Notes: generated by a model not told the origin, from the sequence alone. A stretch of 64,000 nucleotides of DNA from Bacteriovoracia bacterium (GCA_050251055.1 JBFWNL010000006.1:160001-224000); one strand, 5' to 3'; positions 19,914 through 29,907 are shown, numbered from the stretch's first letter. Numbers and translations: made by a program.

Positions 19914-20795
19914 TTACTCGAACAAAGTCAATTGACTTGGGTGGCCGATTTGGCGTTCCACCCGATCCACGAACACTTCCTGGCGGATGATGGGATCGGA
20001 ATGCGAGGTGAAGACGAAGAACGAGTTTTGCTCGTAGCGGCGCTTCAATTCTTTCATGGCTTCCAGAATGAGTTCAATGTTGTGGGGATCGTCATCCGAC
20101 ATCCCGAAGCGGTGGTGGGGATTGTCCCCGTAAATGCGCATCGCGGCTTCGACCGATTGGATGATGGCGGCTTGCTTGAGCTTCGCCGTGCTCCAGTCTC
20201 CCACGTGGTCGCCCAGCTCCTTGCGAATTTCAGGATTGCTCACGGGGAAAACGCTCATGTAATTAGGCGTATGGGTGAGGTGGCCCTCGGCGCGGAGAAG
20301 CTCGATGCCTCCCTTCAGGGTATCGGGCCCGTGGCCGCGTGCCGTGATGAGAGCCATGGGACGCTGGTTGAAAACGGCGTGGTGGAAGAAAGTCCACGAC
20401 GGGCCTTTCCAGGTGAAATCGGGTTGGCGGATGGCTTCGCGGATGTCGTCGTAAAACGGTTGGTTTGCGCCAGGGAAGTCGCGAAAGCGGCGAAAGCTAC
20501 CGCGATCCTGATCGAGCCAGACTTTATAGCGAGCGAATTTTCCCTGCTTGCCGATGTTCTTGTTGTGAATGGCGAAGTCGCGGGTGGAAAGCGCCACTTC
20601 TTCGCCGGTCTCTTGGTGGAAGATATAGATGGGCGTGGAGAGGAAGAATACGTTGTCGTCGAGATCGAAAAAATAGAAGCTGCGCCCGCCCTTGGCGAAG
20701 TTTCGATCAGGTTCAGGTACCCGACCAAAGCCCAGGTCGAGCTGGGAGGTAGTAGGTGGCACGGTCGCAGTCATGGCCGCAGCACTATGCGTCAA
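19914..20795 (-). CDS. HAD-like hypothetical protein
   Basis: FDLDDN (motif I), ITARG (motif II), GMSDDD (motif IV); start uncertain. Confidence 0.7.
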   Translation of the reverse strand: MTHSAAAMTATVPPTTSQLDLGFGRVPEPDRNFAKGGRSFYFFDLDDNVFFLSTPIYIFHQETGEEVALSTRDFAIHNKNIGKQGKFARYKVWLDQDRGSFRRFRDFPGANQPFYDDIREAIRQPDFTWKGPSWTFFHHAVFNQRPMALITARGHGPDTLKGGIELLRAEGHLTHTPNYMSVFPVSNPEIRKELGDHVGDWSTAKLKQAAIIQSVEAAMRIYGDNPHHRFGMSDDDPHNIELILEAMKELKRRYEQNSFFVFTSHSDPIIRQEVFVDRVERQIGHPSQLTLFE

Positions 20796-20907
20796 AATGA
20801 GCTAAAAATCAAGAGTTTCAATAGGTTAAATAAATCCAAATAAAAACAGAAACCTAAACCCGCTGCTCAGCTTTCTTGATATAACTTCCGGCGTCGAAAG
20901 AAAGAAA

Positions 20908-23043
20908 ATGCGCTCCGAGTACCTCATACCCACTCTGAGCACGCTGTTGAAGACGCCGGGTCAGCCGATCATCCATCGGGACCTGTCCTGGCTCCAGTTC
21001 AACGAGCGCGTGCTCGCCGAAGCCCGGACCTCGGCCAACCCGTTGTTGGAGCGGCTGAAGTTCCTCGCCATTACGGCCTCCAATCTCGACGAGTTCTTCA
21101 TGATCCGCTACGCATCGCTGAGCCAGGAGATCTCGGTGCAGCTCAAACGCAATCGCTCCGGCGCTCGTCACCTTTTTCGGGTGCGAAACTCCATTCTGGA
21201 CACGGTAGCGAGCTTTACCGCTAAGCAGTCCGAAACCTTCGATTTGATCGCGGCCGAGCTCGCGAAATCGGGTATCCAGCTCATCCTGAAGCCGTCGCCG
21301 GGCGACCCGGCTTTCGTGCTGGGAAAGAAGGTCTTCGATCAGCACGTCCTGCCTAATCTGTCGCCGCCCGAAACTTTCGCGCCGCCGCTGCTCTCCACGG
21401 TGGAAAACCTTCAGTTCGTGGCGGTTTTCCGTAACGGCGTCTGGTTTCGGATTCCCAAATCCCTGCCAAACGTTTTCATGGAGGTGTCGGAAGCGACGAA
21501 CGAGATCTTTGTGTTCTTCCTGGATGACCTGCTGTCGTCGCACATGTCGGCCGCGTTTCGCTTGAACGACGCGCCCGGATTCCTGCGCATCACCCGAGAC
21601 GGAGATTTGGCGATCGATCTGGGGGAAGAAGATTCCGAGTCGATTCCGAATATCGTGCGCAAATCGATCGGATCGCGTGAGCGTGGCAAGATCGTACGCA
21701 TTCAATACGCGGGCGAGATGACGAACGACCTGCTCAATCAAACGATCAACAAGCTTAAGATCGCCCCGCGCCAGATGATTTTTGCGCCCACGACCCTGAT
21801 GCTGCAAGGCCTGTGGACGGTGATCAAGCGGATGCCCGAGAAGTTCACCCAGCAGCCGGGGTTGAGCCTGCCCGTGTTTAAACCCCGCGTTCCGCAGGTT
21901 CTGCAGAACGGTAAGACCATCTTCGACGAGTTAAAGCAGCACGATGTGTTGCTGCATCACCCTTACGATTCATTCGACGCCTACGTCGCGTTCATCGAGC
22001 TTGCCTGCCGTGATTCGCACGTGACTTCCATTCGTCAGACCGTTTACCGCATGGACGCGCTTTCTCCGATCATTAAGTCACTCAAAAAAGCGGCCAAGCA
22101 AAAGAAGATCCACATCGTCATCGAGCTGCGTGCTCGTTTCGACGAGCTCAATAACCTGAAGCTGGCCGAAGAGCTGCGCCAGGCCGGCATCGAGGTGAGC
22201 TTTGGGTTCGGGAAGTTGAAGCTGCACGCCAAGGTCGCGCTGATTACGCGCACGGAGAACGGCGTGGAAAAGAAGTACACCCACCTTTCGACTGGAAACT
22301 ACAACGCCGCCACTGCGCGCGAGTACGAAGATCTGGCGATTTTGACCGCTAACGAAGATTTAGGTGAGGACGCGAGGCAGTTTTTCGAAGCCGTGATCAA
22401 TGAGACGATCCCTTCCAGCTTCAAACAACTGGTACCGGCGCCGCTGCAGCTGCATAAAAAGCTGGTGGCGCTCATCAAGCAAGAGACCGCCGCCGCCAAA
22501 CGCAAGGAAGTGGCCCGCATCGTGGCTAAGGTCAACGCGCTCGTGGATGAGGCAATTATTCAGGAGTTGTACCTGGCCTCGCAGGCGGGCGTCGAGGTCG
22601 ACCTGATCGTCCGCGGTGCTTGCTCGCTCATTCCGGGCGTTAAAAACTTAAGTGAAAATATCCGCGTCTATAGCGTGGTGGATCGTTTCCTGGAGCATAG
22701 TCGGATTTATTATTTCGAGAATTCCAAACAGATGTTTCTTTCAAGCGCCGACTGGATGCCGAGGAACTTTTTCTCGCGCATGGAGCTGGCGTTTCCGGTG
22801 CTAGATAAAGCGATCTATCAGTTCGTCGAGGAAGTGATCATTCCGGCCTATCTGCTCGACACATTGAAGGCAAGGGAGCTTACTCCCCAAGGCACCTGGA
22901 AAAAACGCACGTTGCGTTCGATCCGGGCCACCACCCGAAAGAAGGCTTCCCCGATTTTGCGGGATAAGTCCGTGCGCGCGCAGTTCCTTTTCCAGGATTT
23001 GGGCGCCAGCGATTACAAAGATACGTCGCTTTGGCGGACTTGA
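20908..23043 (+). CDS. ppk1: Polyphosphate kinase 1
   Basis: RDLSWLQFNERVL, SNLDEFFMIR, LLHHPYDSF, ELRARFDE, KLHAK, STGNYN, RFLEHSR, SSADWMPRN. Confidence 0.97.
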   Translation: MRSEYLIPTLSTLLKTPGQPIIHRDLSWLQFNERVLAEARTSANPLLERLKFLAITASNLDEFFMIRYASLSQEISVQLKRNRSGARHLFRVRNSILDTVASFTAKQSETFDLIAAELAKSGIQLILKPSPGDPAFVLGKKVFDQHVLPNLSPPETFAPPLLSTVENLQFVAVFRNGVWFRIPKSLPNVFMEVSEATNEIFVFFLDDLLSSHMSAAFRLNDAPGFLRITRDGDLAIDLGEEDSESIPNIVRKSIGSRERGKIVRIQYAGEMTNDLLNQTINKLKIAPRQMIFAPTTLMLQGLWTVIKRMPEKFTQQPGLSLPVFKPRVPQVLQNGKTIFDELKQHDVLLHHPYDSFDAYVAFIELACRDSHVTSIRQTVYRMDALSPIIKSLKKAAKQKKIHIVIELRARFDELNNLKLAEELRQAGIEVSFGFGKLKLHAKVALITRTENGVEKKYTHLSTGNYNAATAREYEDLAILTANEDLGEDARQFFEAVINETIPSSFKQLVPAPLQLHKKLVALIKQETAAAKRKEVARIVAKVNALVDEAIIQELYLASQAGVEVDLIVRGACSLIPGVKNLSENIRVYSVVDRFLEHSRIYYFENSKQMFLSSADWMPRNFFSRMELAFPVLDKAIYQFVEEVIIPAYLLDTLKARELTPQGTWKKRTLRSIRATTRKKASPILRDKSVRAQFLFQDLGASDYKDTSLWRT

Positions 23044-23046
23044 GGC

Positions 23047-24570
23047 CTACTCGGAGACCCGCGCCACCGAGACTTCTTTTCGGAACACCTTTTCAAAGAT
23101 CGACCTCTTTTGCTCTACGCGTAGAATTTCCAGATTCACCGCGGTCTTCCCCGAAACGAAAATAACGATCTTTCCCCGCTCGAACTTGATGCGCTTGATG
23201 GTAACGAGTGACTGGTGATTGCGATCGAGGGCGTCGGCCAGCTGAAAGATCGCCAGGATCTTGAGAAAGGCGTTTCGGCGCGCGGGGTGGGAGCGAAACG
23301 GAACGTCGGCCGAGTCGATTTTTTCGGCGTTGTGATAAAGGCAAAGCGTCGCGATGAACTCACGCTCCCAGGTTTCCATTACCGGGAGGTCGGCGTTCAT
23401 CACCGTGTAGTAGGAATGTGCTTCGTGAAAAGACGGGTTAATGGCGTCGCCAACGTCGTGCAGATACGCCGCCGCCGTGAGGTAGGCGCGCCATTCGGGA
23501 CGCAGTCCGTGCACCTTCTGTAGTTTCTTGAAGAGTCCTTCGGCGAGCGCGGCGACCTGCCGCATGTGGCCGGGCCGGGAGCCCAGTCGAGTGGCGATCC
23601 GGAAGAGGTCTTCCAGATGGAAGGCGAGCTGCGTGACTTTTTTCTGTTGTACGACCCGGGTTTCCTCGTCGAGGATGCCGTCGCGCAAGGCATAGGTGGT
23701 GGTGCGCGCGGACTTCGCGCCCAGGTAATCCATGACTTCGTCGAGTAATACGGCTCCCGCCAGAATCATGTCCACGCGCTTGGCCTCCATGCCGGGAATT
23801 CCCAGGAGCTGACTCGTGGTGAGCGTGCTCATGTGGCGGGTGAGGTGTCCCAGCGCTTTTGCCGTGAGATCGGACTTGGATTTGGTTGATTTTTGGAGAA
23901 TCTTGGTCAGGGCGCGGATGGTCCCGGAGGATCCGACTACCTTGCGCGCGTCACGCTTGAGCTTGTTCTTCAGTACGGCGTCGAGCTCGTCCCAGATGTA
24001 CTGGCGAAGCTGGCTGACGGGATGAGGATCGGTCGACTTGCTTCGCCGGGGCGGACTGCTCTTGAGAAAAATCTGCTGCAGGCGGGCCGTGCCCAGGTCG
24101 AAACTGTGCGCGAAGAGCACCTTGCTGCCTTCGCAGATGCTGATTTCGGTGCTCCCGCCGCCGATATCCACCAAGGCGAAGCGTCCCTTTAACTTGGTCT
24201 CGTTGGCCAAGATTCCGCGCGCGATGAGGCGCGCTTCTTCGTGTCCGGATATCACGCGCACGTCGATGCCGGTGGCCTGGCGGATTCGAGAAAGCAGCAC
24301 CTCGCCGTCGGCGGCTTCGCGCAGCGCGCTCGTCGCGAACGCCGTAATGCGGTCCGTGCCGATTTGGCTAGCCGTGCGCTTAAAGCTCGTGAAGGCGTGC
24401 AGCGTGCGGGCGATGGCGTTCTTGTCGAGGCGGCCGTCGGTGAAAAGGCCTTGCCCCAGACGCACCATCAGTTTTTCCCGATGCAGGCGCTTCACCTGCT
24501 TGCCGGGACCGATCTGATGGATGTCGAAGCGCACCGAGTTGGTGCCGAGGTCGATGATGCCGAGACGCAT
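23047..24570 (-). CDS. ppx: Ppx/GppA exopolyphosphatase with C-terminal HD domain
   Basis: IDLGTNS, ATSALREA, EEARL, DIGGGSTE, GSSGT, LRDG, LHDVG. Confidence 0.92.
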   Translation of the reverse strand: MRLGIIDLGTNSVRFDIHQIGPGKQVKRLHREKLMVRLGQGLFTDGRLDKNAIARTLHAFTSFKRTASQIGTDRITAFATSALREAADGEVLLSRIRQATGIDVRVISGHEEARLIARGILANETKLKGRFALVDIGGGSTEISICEGSKVLFAHSFDLGTARLQQIFLKSSPPRRSKSTDPHPVSQLRQYIWDELDAVLKNKLKRDARKVVGSSGTIRALTKILQKSTKSKSDLTAKALGHLTRHMSTLTTSQLLGIPGMEAKRVDMILAGAVLLDEVMDYLGAKSARTTTYALRDGILDEETRVVQQKKVTQLAFHLEDLFRIATRLGSRPGHMRQVAALAEGLFKKLQKVHGLRPEWRAYLTAAAYLHDVGDAINPSFHEAHSYYTVMNADLPVMETWEREFIATLCLYHNAEKIDSADVPFRSHPARRNAFLKILAIFQLADALDRNHQSLVTIKRIKFERGKIVIFVSGKTAVNLEILRVEQKRSIFEKVFRKEVSVARVSE

Positions 24571-24618
24571 GCCGGTATCGTAGATGACCGGCTGGGCAAA
24601 GTCTACTAGGGCGTATCG

Positions 24619-25653
24619 TTACACCGCCAAGTCTTCGAGCCCGGGCGGGATCGCTTCGGGCTCCCGTCCGCGGCGGTCTTGATCGTCGGCTTCGGAGTCG
24701 CGCTTGGCGTGAAGTAGCCACACGGGGCAGGGCGCCTGGCGTAGCACTTGTCGACAGACGCTGCCCAGCAGGACGCTGGCTAAGAGCTCGCTTTCGGAGG
24801 CCATCGCCACTAGGTCGAATTTTTCCCGCTTGATCAGTCCCAGGATGGCGTCGCCGATCGTAAGCCTGGATTCTTCCACGCGGATTTCGCAGTTCACGTC
24901 GCTAGCGCGGGCCATTACCGCCCATTCGGCCGCGGTTTGGCGCGCGCGTTCGAGCTCTTGCTCATGGTAAAGGCGCGCCGTCGCCCAGGTGCCGCCGATC
25001 ATTTCAATGCTGGTCGACAGCAAGGGTTCCACGAAGGGGTTAATGCGGTAGTAAAGCGTGAGATCAGCCCGGAGGTCTTTGGCCATCGCCACCGCCCGCA
25101 GGAAGACCGGCAGCGCCGAGGCGTTGAGGTTCGAGGGGAAGAGCACCTTGCCTAACTTTCGCGGGGCATGGGTGTTCGGATTGATGGAAAAAACTGGAAT
25201 TTTGGTTGAAAGCAGTAGGGTCTCGGAGAAGCTTCCCATGATCGCCCGCGATATGCCCTTACGGCCGTGAGTGCTAACGACGATCATCTCCGCTCCGGCT
25301 TCCTCGGCATGGTTCACAAGGGTCTTCACGCACGCCTTCGTATTGGTCTCCCGCTGGAGCAGCACCTTCGAGGGCACCAGGTTGGGAAGGCGCAGGCGTT
25401 TCACCGTCCCGTCCACCACGCGTACGGCGGTCGAGCGGTATAGATCCAAGTAATCCTCCATGCGATCCGCGTACAGGTTCAGCTCGTCGGGGCTGAGGAC
25501 GTACACCGGCTCGATCGGCGCGCCCGTGTGCTCCGTGAGTCGGCGCAAGGTCTGGCCCGCGTGCCGGATCAGGGAGCGATCCTCGATGAACGGATCGAGG
25601 GCCCAGACGATGGGTTTCAAGGTACCGTCAACCGCTTGCTTGTGAGTCGCCAT
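24619..25653 (-). CDS. Tandem-domain universal stress protein
   Basis: THGRKGISRAIMGSFSE and LLGSVCRQVLRQAPCPV; start at MATHK (GGAGG RBS), not 25908. Confidence 0.88.
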   Translation of the reverse strand: MATHKQAVDGTLKPIVWALDPFIEDRSLIRHAGQTLRRLTEHTGAPIEPVYVLSPDELNLYADRMEDYLDLYRSTAVRVVDGTVKRLRLPNLVPSKVLLQRETNTKACVKTLVNHAEEAGAEMIVVSTHGRKGISRAIMGSFSETLLLSTKIPVFSINPNTHAPRKLGKVLFPSNLNASALPVFLRAVAMAKDLRADLTLYYRINPFVEPLLSTSIEMIGGTWATARLYHEQELERARQTAAEWAVMARASDVNCEIRVEESRLTIGDAILGLIKREKFDLVAMASESELLASVLLGSVCRQVLRQAPCPVWLLHAKRDSEADDQDRRGREPEAIPPGLEDLAV

Positions 25654-26389
25654 TTTGCTTTTCCTCCCGGGTTTTGAATTCGGTGAACAACGCCAAGTGA
25701 TCGGACAGCCCGCGCCAGGGGTGATGGGTGAAGCATTGGGCCTGGGAAGCGTGCAGTCCACGAAAGTAAATGCGGTCGAGATGGAGCCAAGGAAAAAAAG
25801 AGGGAAACGTGCGAGCATGCTTACCTTGGACCTCGCGGAAAGCCTCGCGGATCCCGAGCGAGTCTGCGAGGACCCGCGAAACACGTTGGTTCCAGTCATT
25901 AAAGTCACCGGCCACGATCAACGGTTCGTCCGCTTCCACCTCGTTTTCGATTCGGCGGGCCAACTGTTGCACCTGCTTTTCGCGCCCGAACGCGGTTAGC
26001 CCCAGGTGGATGCAAATCAGGTGAAGCGGTAAGCCCGTCGGTTCCGGCTTTACTACGGCGTGTAGCATGCCGCGGTTTTCGTAGGCATGGGCGGAGATGT
26101 TGATGTTCTCCCAGCGGATGATTGGGTAGCGGCTGAGGATCGCGTTGCCATGGTGGCCGTTCGTGTAAACCGCGTTTTTTCCGTAACTCATGTGGGGCCA
26201 TACCTGATCGGCGAGAAACTCGAGTTGGTTTCCTGGGTGACGGCCGTGCGCCCCGGATACCTCCTGGAGGAAAACCAGGTCGGCGTTGACCATGCGGATC
26301 TCGTCGCGGATCTCGGAGAGGACGTATCTACGATTCGACGCCGTGAAGCCTTTGTGAATGTTGTAGGATAGCACGCGTAAATTCGTCAT
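25628..26389 (-). CDS. Endonuclease/exonuclease/phosphatase (YbhP-like)
   Basis: SYNIHKG, FLQEV, HGNAILS, AGDFNDW, LDRIY, SDH; follows clsB as in the ybhP-clsB context. Confidence 0.92.
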   Translation of the reverse strand: MTNLRVLSYNIHKGFTASNRRYVLSEIRDEIRMVNADLVFLQEVSGAHGRHPGNQLEFLADQVWPHMSYGKNAVYTNGHHGNAILSRYPIIRWENINISAHAYENRGMLHAVVKPEPTGLPLHLICIHLGLTAFGREKQVQQLARRIENEVEADEPLIVAGDFNDWNQRVSRVLADSLGIREAFREVQGKHARTFPSFFPWLHLDRIYFRGLHASQAQCFTHHPWRGLSDHLALFTEFKTREEKQNGDSQASG

Positions 26390-26393
26390 CAAT

Positions 26394-27476
26394 CTACATC
26401 CAATATCTCCACCGGTGCAGCAGATGCCCAATCCAGGCCGTCCAGGTGGTGGAAACGAGGCGAACCTCCTGGGTTTGCTCGAGATCCTCGAGAAACTGTT
26501 GGCTCAGCCTTTCGCGGTTTTCTGGATGCGTGACCACGACGTCGACCTCCAGGTCATGGAGAAAACTACGGTAATTTAGATTGCTCGATCCTACGACCGC
26601 CCAGTCGTCGATGATCAGGCTCTTCGCGTGGATGAAACGGGGTCCGTACTCGTAGATACGGACACCTGAACGCAAGAGAGTTCGGTAGAAGATGCGGCTG
26701 ATCCAAGGAATAAAGAACACATCCGACGTGCGTGGCAGCAGCAATCGGACATCTACCCCGTTCGACGCCGCGAACTTGAGCGCCTTGATTAAGGAAAGCG
26801 TCGGGACGAAGTAGGCGGTGGTCGCCCAGATTCGGCGTTCGGCGGAAACTATTTTTCCGAAAACATCGAGGTGAGTTCGTCGGCGGAGAGCGGGGCTGTC
26901 CTTTAGTAAGAGGAGATTTTCACGGTGGACTTCGACGGCTTTGCGCTGGGACGCGTACATCCAGCGCCATCGCCGCCGGTTCCACGCCCGTAGAAAACTG
27001 ACGTTCAAGGTGTTTACGCCCTCGCCCGCGACGCGGATGCCAGTGTCGCGCCAACAAAGCGTGCCCTGACTCATCGTAAGATGCTTTTCCGACACATTCA
27101 AACTACCCACCCACGCGATACGGCCGTCGATGATGCAGACTTTTTTGTGATCGCGGTGATTCAGCTTGTGAAAAGCCCTGGGCAGGGAACGGAAGAGGGG
27201 GTGGTAAACCTTGAACCTTACGCCCGCGTCTATGAGCCGTTGGCCATAGTGGGATTCCCACTTAGGGGAGCCAAAGCCGTCCACGATGACCCGCACGCGC
27301 ACGCCTCGGCGCGCGAGATCTATCAGAAGGCAAGCGAGCCTTTCCCCGAGGTGGCAGGCCTCGTAAATGTAGGTTTCGAAATCGACGCTACGCCTGGCCT
27401 TCGCCAGATCCACGAACATCTTTTCGAAGTATTCGTCCCCGGAAAAATACAGGGTCTCTTCATACCAGCGTTGCAT
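26394..27476 (-). CDS. clsB: Cardiolipin synthase ClsB-like phospholipase D
   Basis: Two HKD motifs (HKKVCIID, HAKSLIID), WRDT, GSSNL; no N-terminal TM. Confidence 0.85.
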   Translation of the reverse strand: MQRWYEETLYFSGDEYFEKMFVDLAKARRSVDFETYIYEACHLGERLACLLIDLARRGVRVRVIVDGFGSPKWESHYGQRLIDAGVRFKVYHPLFRSLPRAFHKLNHRDHKKVCIIDGRIAWVGSLNVSEKHLTMSQGTLCWRDTGIRVAGEGVNTLNVSFLRAWNRRRWRWMYASQRKAVEVHRENLLLLKDSPALRRRTHLDVFGKIVSAERRIWATTAYFVPTLSLIKALKFAASNGVDVRLLLPRTSDVFFIPWISRIFYRTLLRSGVRIYEYGPRFIHAKSLIIDDWAVVGSSNLNYRSFLHDLEVDVVVTHPENRERLSQQFLEDLEQTQEVRLVSTTWTAWIGHLLHRWRYWM

Positions 27477-27629
27477 ACTTTAGTTTTTGGCTTCGGTGCA
27501 AACCTCCCCACTCATTCACTTCAAGATGGGTGCCACCACGAATTCCCGCCAGCGGCCGCTGATCGGGCGTCATTGGCTAAGTCGGGAAAATATGTCCCAC
27601 GCATGAGCGGTTAAGGGACGTGGCTATTT

Positions 27630-27645
27630 TGGAATAACGATTGCA
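27630..27645 (+). promoter_or_regulatory. Putative sigma54 promoter
   Basis: TGGAAT-AACGA-TTGCA, GG-N10-GC, 25 nt before ATG 27670. Confidence 0.5.
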
Positions 27646-27669
27646 CCACAAGTGGTGATGGGAGGCGAA

Positions 27670-28419
27670 ATGGAACGGACGCGCAGAGCAAAAGCTTATT
27701 GGGGCGGAATTTTCTTGAGCATGTTTTTTTGGATTGAATCGGCGCATGGGTTTCGCGCGGGTCCGCAGCCGGAGCTCGTCAATCATCTTCCACGTGAGAT
27801 TTTCGTGCCTACTAGTTTTGACGACAATGATTTCGTTCAGATCGTGGTGGCGGGCGAGTACGCCAACACCTGCTTCAAAGTGGCCGCGAGCGAAGTCACG
27901 GTGGATCCAGATCGTCATCGAATACTGATACGCGACCAAGCATACTTCTTTCAAAACTGCTTTTGCTTGTTCGTGCTGGTTCCATACGACAAAGTGATCC
28001 CCATTGGCTTGCTCGCGAAAGGAAACCATGATCTTTTTTTCGACGACGGCCGTGGCAACGAAGTGAGAATGGGTTCCATTCAGGTAGCGGCGGCCCGAAA
28101 GAGCACCGATCCAGACGAGCACTTATACGCTCCGGTGGAAGGGCTTACGGTTTTGAAGCGTCGCAAGACCCATCAGGTGGAGTTAAGGGGGCACTACCCC
28201 AACACGTGCTTGGCGATCCAAGAGACGCGGGTTGTCCATAGGAACCCCAAGGTGGTCGAGATTCTGCCGATCATGAAGATGGCGGTCCGTGACGATTGCG
28301 AGGCCGCGCGCGTTCCTTTCGTCGTGAAGGCAGCTTTGCCGGAGGGACTAGAGGGGCGTACCTTAATTCATGTACGGGCACTGAATGGCAAATCGATCGA
28401 CCAGCTGCACGAGTTCTAG
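27670..28419 (+). CDS. Secreted hypothetical protein with two repeated Cys-containing beta domains
   Basis: GGAGG RBS, signal peptide (AHG), internal repeat GEYANTC / GHYPNTC. Confidence 0.75.
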   Translation: MERTRRAKAYWGGIFLSMFFWIESAHGFRAGPQPELVNHLPREIFVPTSFDDNDFVQIVVAGEYANTCFKVAASEVTVDPDRHRILIRDQAYFFQNCFCLFVLVPYDKVIPIGLLAKGNHDLFFDDGRGNEVRMGSIQVAAARKSTDPDEHLYAPVEGLTVLKRRKTHQVELRGHYPNTCLAIQETRVVHRNPKVVEILPIMKMAVRDDCEAARVPFVVKAALPEGLEGRTLIHVRALNGKSIDQLHEF

Positions 28420-29021
28420 GCGACCGCAAGTTTCTTCATTTCGAAATCGGCCTTGGCGTCACGAAAATCCACGGCCAGCGCGATGCGCTCCTTCATGCTC
28501 AAAACGTCGCGCATTTGACGAAAAAGCTGGCGCTCCTCATGTCGGATATGCTGGAGCAGGCGGGCTTTGAAAACGCGGAAGATCGGCAGCCACTCTTGAT
28601 CTTGGAGAGGGAGTTGATCCAGCTTGTCAAGCAGGTCGGAGATCGTGCGGTGATCCTCCGCGGATTCGGCCGCGATTTTGAGGGTTTCCGGATTGGCGTA
28701 AAGCCGCGCGTAGACGGTTTTCTCCTCGGCGTGAGTATGGCGGCGAACGTCCTCCGCTAACCAGTTGAAGAAGTTTCGGCGTAGGTGCTGATCGCGGTGG
28801 GCGGTGGCGTCAACCCGGGCTAAGAGTTCCTTGAACTGCTGGTGGTCTCGCTTGAGAAGTGTCTCCACGCTTTTTTCCGATTCCGGACGTCGGCTCGACC
28901 CGACCATGCCCACGATCGCGGTCGCTACCGCCAAGATCAGGAAAAGCCCCATCCAGGCGCGGTCGCCCACGGCGGCGAAGAACAAGGTTAGGATTACGAA
29001 TATAATGAGTGGTTTCAGCAT
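28416..29021 (-). CDS. Membrane-anchored hemerythrin (HHE) domain protein
   Basis: Two N-terminal TMs; DH, HTHAEE, EDH, HIRHEE motifs. Confidence 0.85.
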   Translation of the reverse strand: MLKPLIIFVILTLFFAAVGDRAWMGLFLILAVATAIVGMVGSSRRPESEKSVETLLKRDHQQFKELLARVDATAHRDQHLRRNFFNWLAEDVRRHTHAEEKTVYARLYANPETLKIAAESAEDHRTISDLLDKLDQLPLQDQEWLPIFRVFKARLLQHIRHEERQLFRQMRDVLSMKERIALAVDFRDAKADFEMKKLAVA

Positions 29022-29038
29022 ATCTTCCTCCTCGATTC

Positions 29039-29434
29039 TTAGGCGTGTTTGTGCTTTTTGCTGGCGCGCCGGCGGACGCGCTTGACCAGGTGGTGGCGTC
29101 GTCCCCGGGGCTTGACCGCCGGCGCCAGCGGAGAGGGTAACGGGGATCCACGGGGGCTTTCATATTCCCCTTCGTGGTGCGCGATGCGATCGTATCCGTA
29201 GTCGTCGTCATAATTGTCGTAACCGTGTCGATCGTTCGCCCGCGAAGTTTCGCGCTCTTCCTCGAAGTCGTTTAGCGAGTAATCTGACCCGTTTCCGTGG
29301 AAGGTCGAACGTCCGCCAATCCTCGGTACCTCCCGCGTGCGCATGTAGTCGCCGTCTTCCAGCTCCCGGTCGTCGCTGCGAACGTCTTCCGTCAGATCCG
29401 TCAAATCGATGGGCTCGAATTTTTCTCGTTCCAT
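29039..29434 (-). CDS. Hypothetical low-complexity protein (acidic body, basic tail)
   Basis: Start MEREKF just after a sigma54 consensus; co-oriented with hemerythrin gene. Confidence 0.6.
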   Translation of the reverse strand: MEREKFEPIDLTDLTEDVRSDDRELEDGDYMRTREVPRIGGRSTFHGNGSDYSLNDFEEERETSRANDRHGYDNYDDDYGYDRIAHHEGEYESPRGSPLPSPLAPAVKPRGRRHHLVKRVRRRASKKHKHA

Positions 29435-29449
29435 AGTGAGGATTAGGGA

Positions 29450-29465
29450 AGCAATTGGAATGCCA
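29450..29465 (-). promoter_or_regulatory. sigma54 promoter (leftward)
   Basis: Minus strand TGGCAT-TCCAA-TTGCT, near-perfect consensus. Confidence 0.65.
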
Positions 29466-29611
29466 CGAAAGATCTGACGGTGAGCGGTGCGTGAGCCGAT
29501 CAAGAGGAAAAGAATTTTTATCGGCTAACCAAATTGACCCGATTCGGCGGGCCGATTCTTCCCAATTGAAGTCAGAGGAGAGAGTTCGCGCAACGGGAGA
29601 GTCCGCGAGCG

Positions 29612-29627
29612 TGGCATAGCGAATGCA
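29612..29627 (+). promoter_or_regulatory. sigma54 promoter (rightward)
   Basis: TGGCAT-AGCGA-ATGCA upstream of small ORF 29661. Confidence 0.55.
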
Positions 29628-29660
29628 GTTCTTGCTTTCACGTAAACAAGGAGAAATGAA

Positions 29661-29825
29661 ATGACGAACCAAATGGGGAACCAGGATAGAAACAACGAAA
29701 AGAATCAGAAACAGGGTCAGAAGAATCAAAGCGGAGCTCAGCCGAATTCCCAGAGTTCTTCGACCGGAAATCGCCAAGGCCAGGCCGGCCAGCAGTCGAA
29801 TCAGAGCCAGAAACGGTCGAGCTAG
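29661..29825 (+). CDS. 54-aa Gln/Asn/Ser/Gly-rich hydrophilic small protein (absent from the ORF track)
   Basis: AAGGAG RBS, MTNQMGNQDRNNEKNQKQGQKNQSG...QKRSS*, own promoter and terminator. Confidence 0.7.
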   Translation: MTNQMGNQDRNNEKNQKQGQKNQSGAQPNSQSSSTGNRQGQAGQQSNQSQKRSS

Positions 29826-29861
29826 TCACTTGACGAAGGAGTGAGGGAGTAGCGACCCAAG

Positions 29862-29907
29862 AAGGCGAAAAAAGGGGATCCCCACGTCCCCTTTTTTCGC
29901 CTTTTTT
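29862..29907 (+). terminator. Intrinsic terminator
   Basis: 17-bp stem AAGGCGAAAAAAGGGGA / TCCCCTTTTTTCGCCTT plus T-run. Confidence 0.8.
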
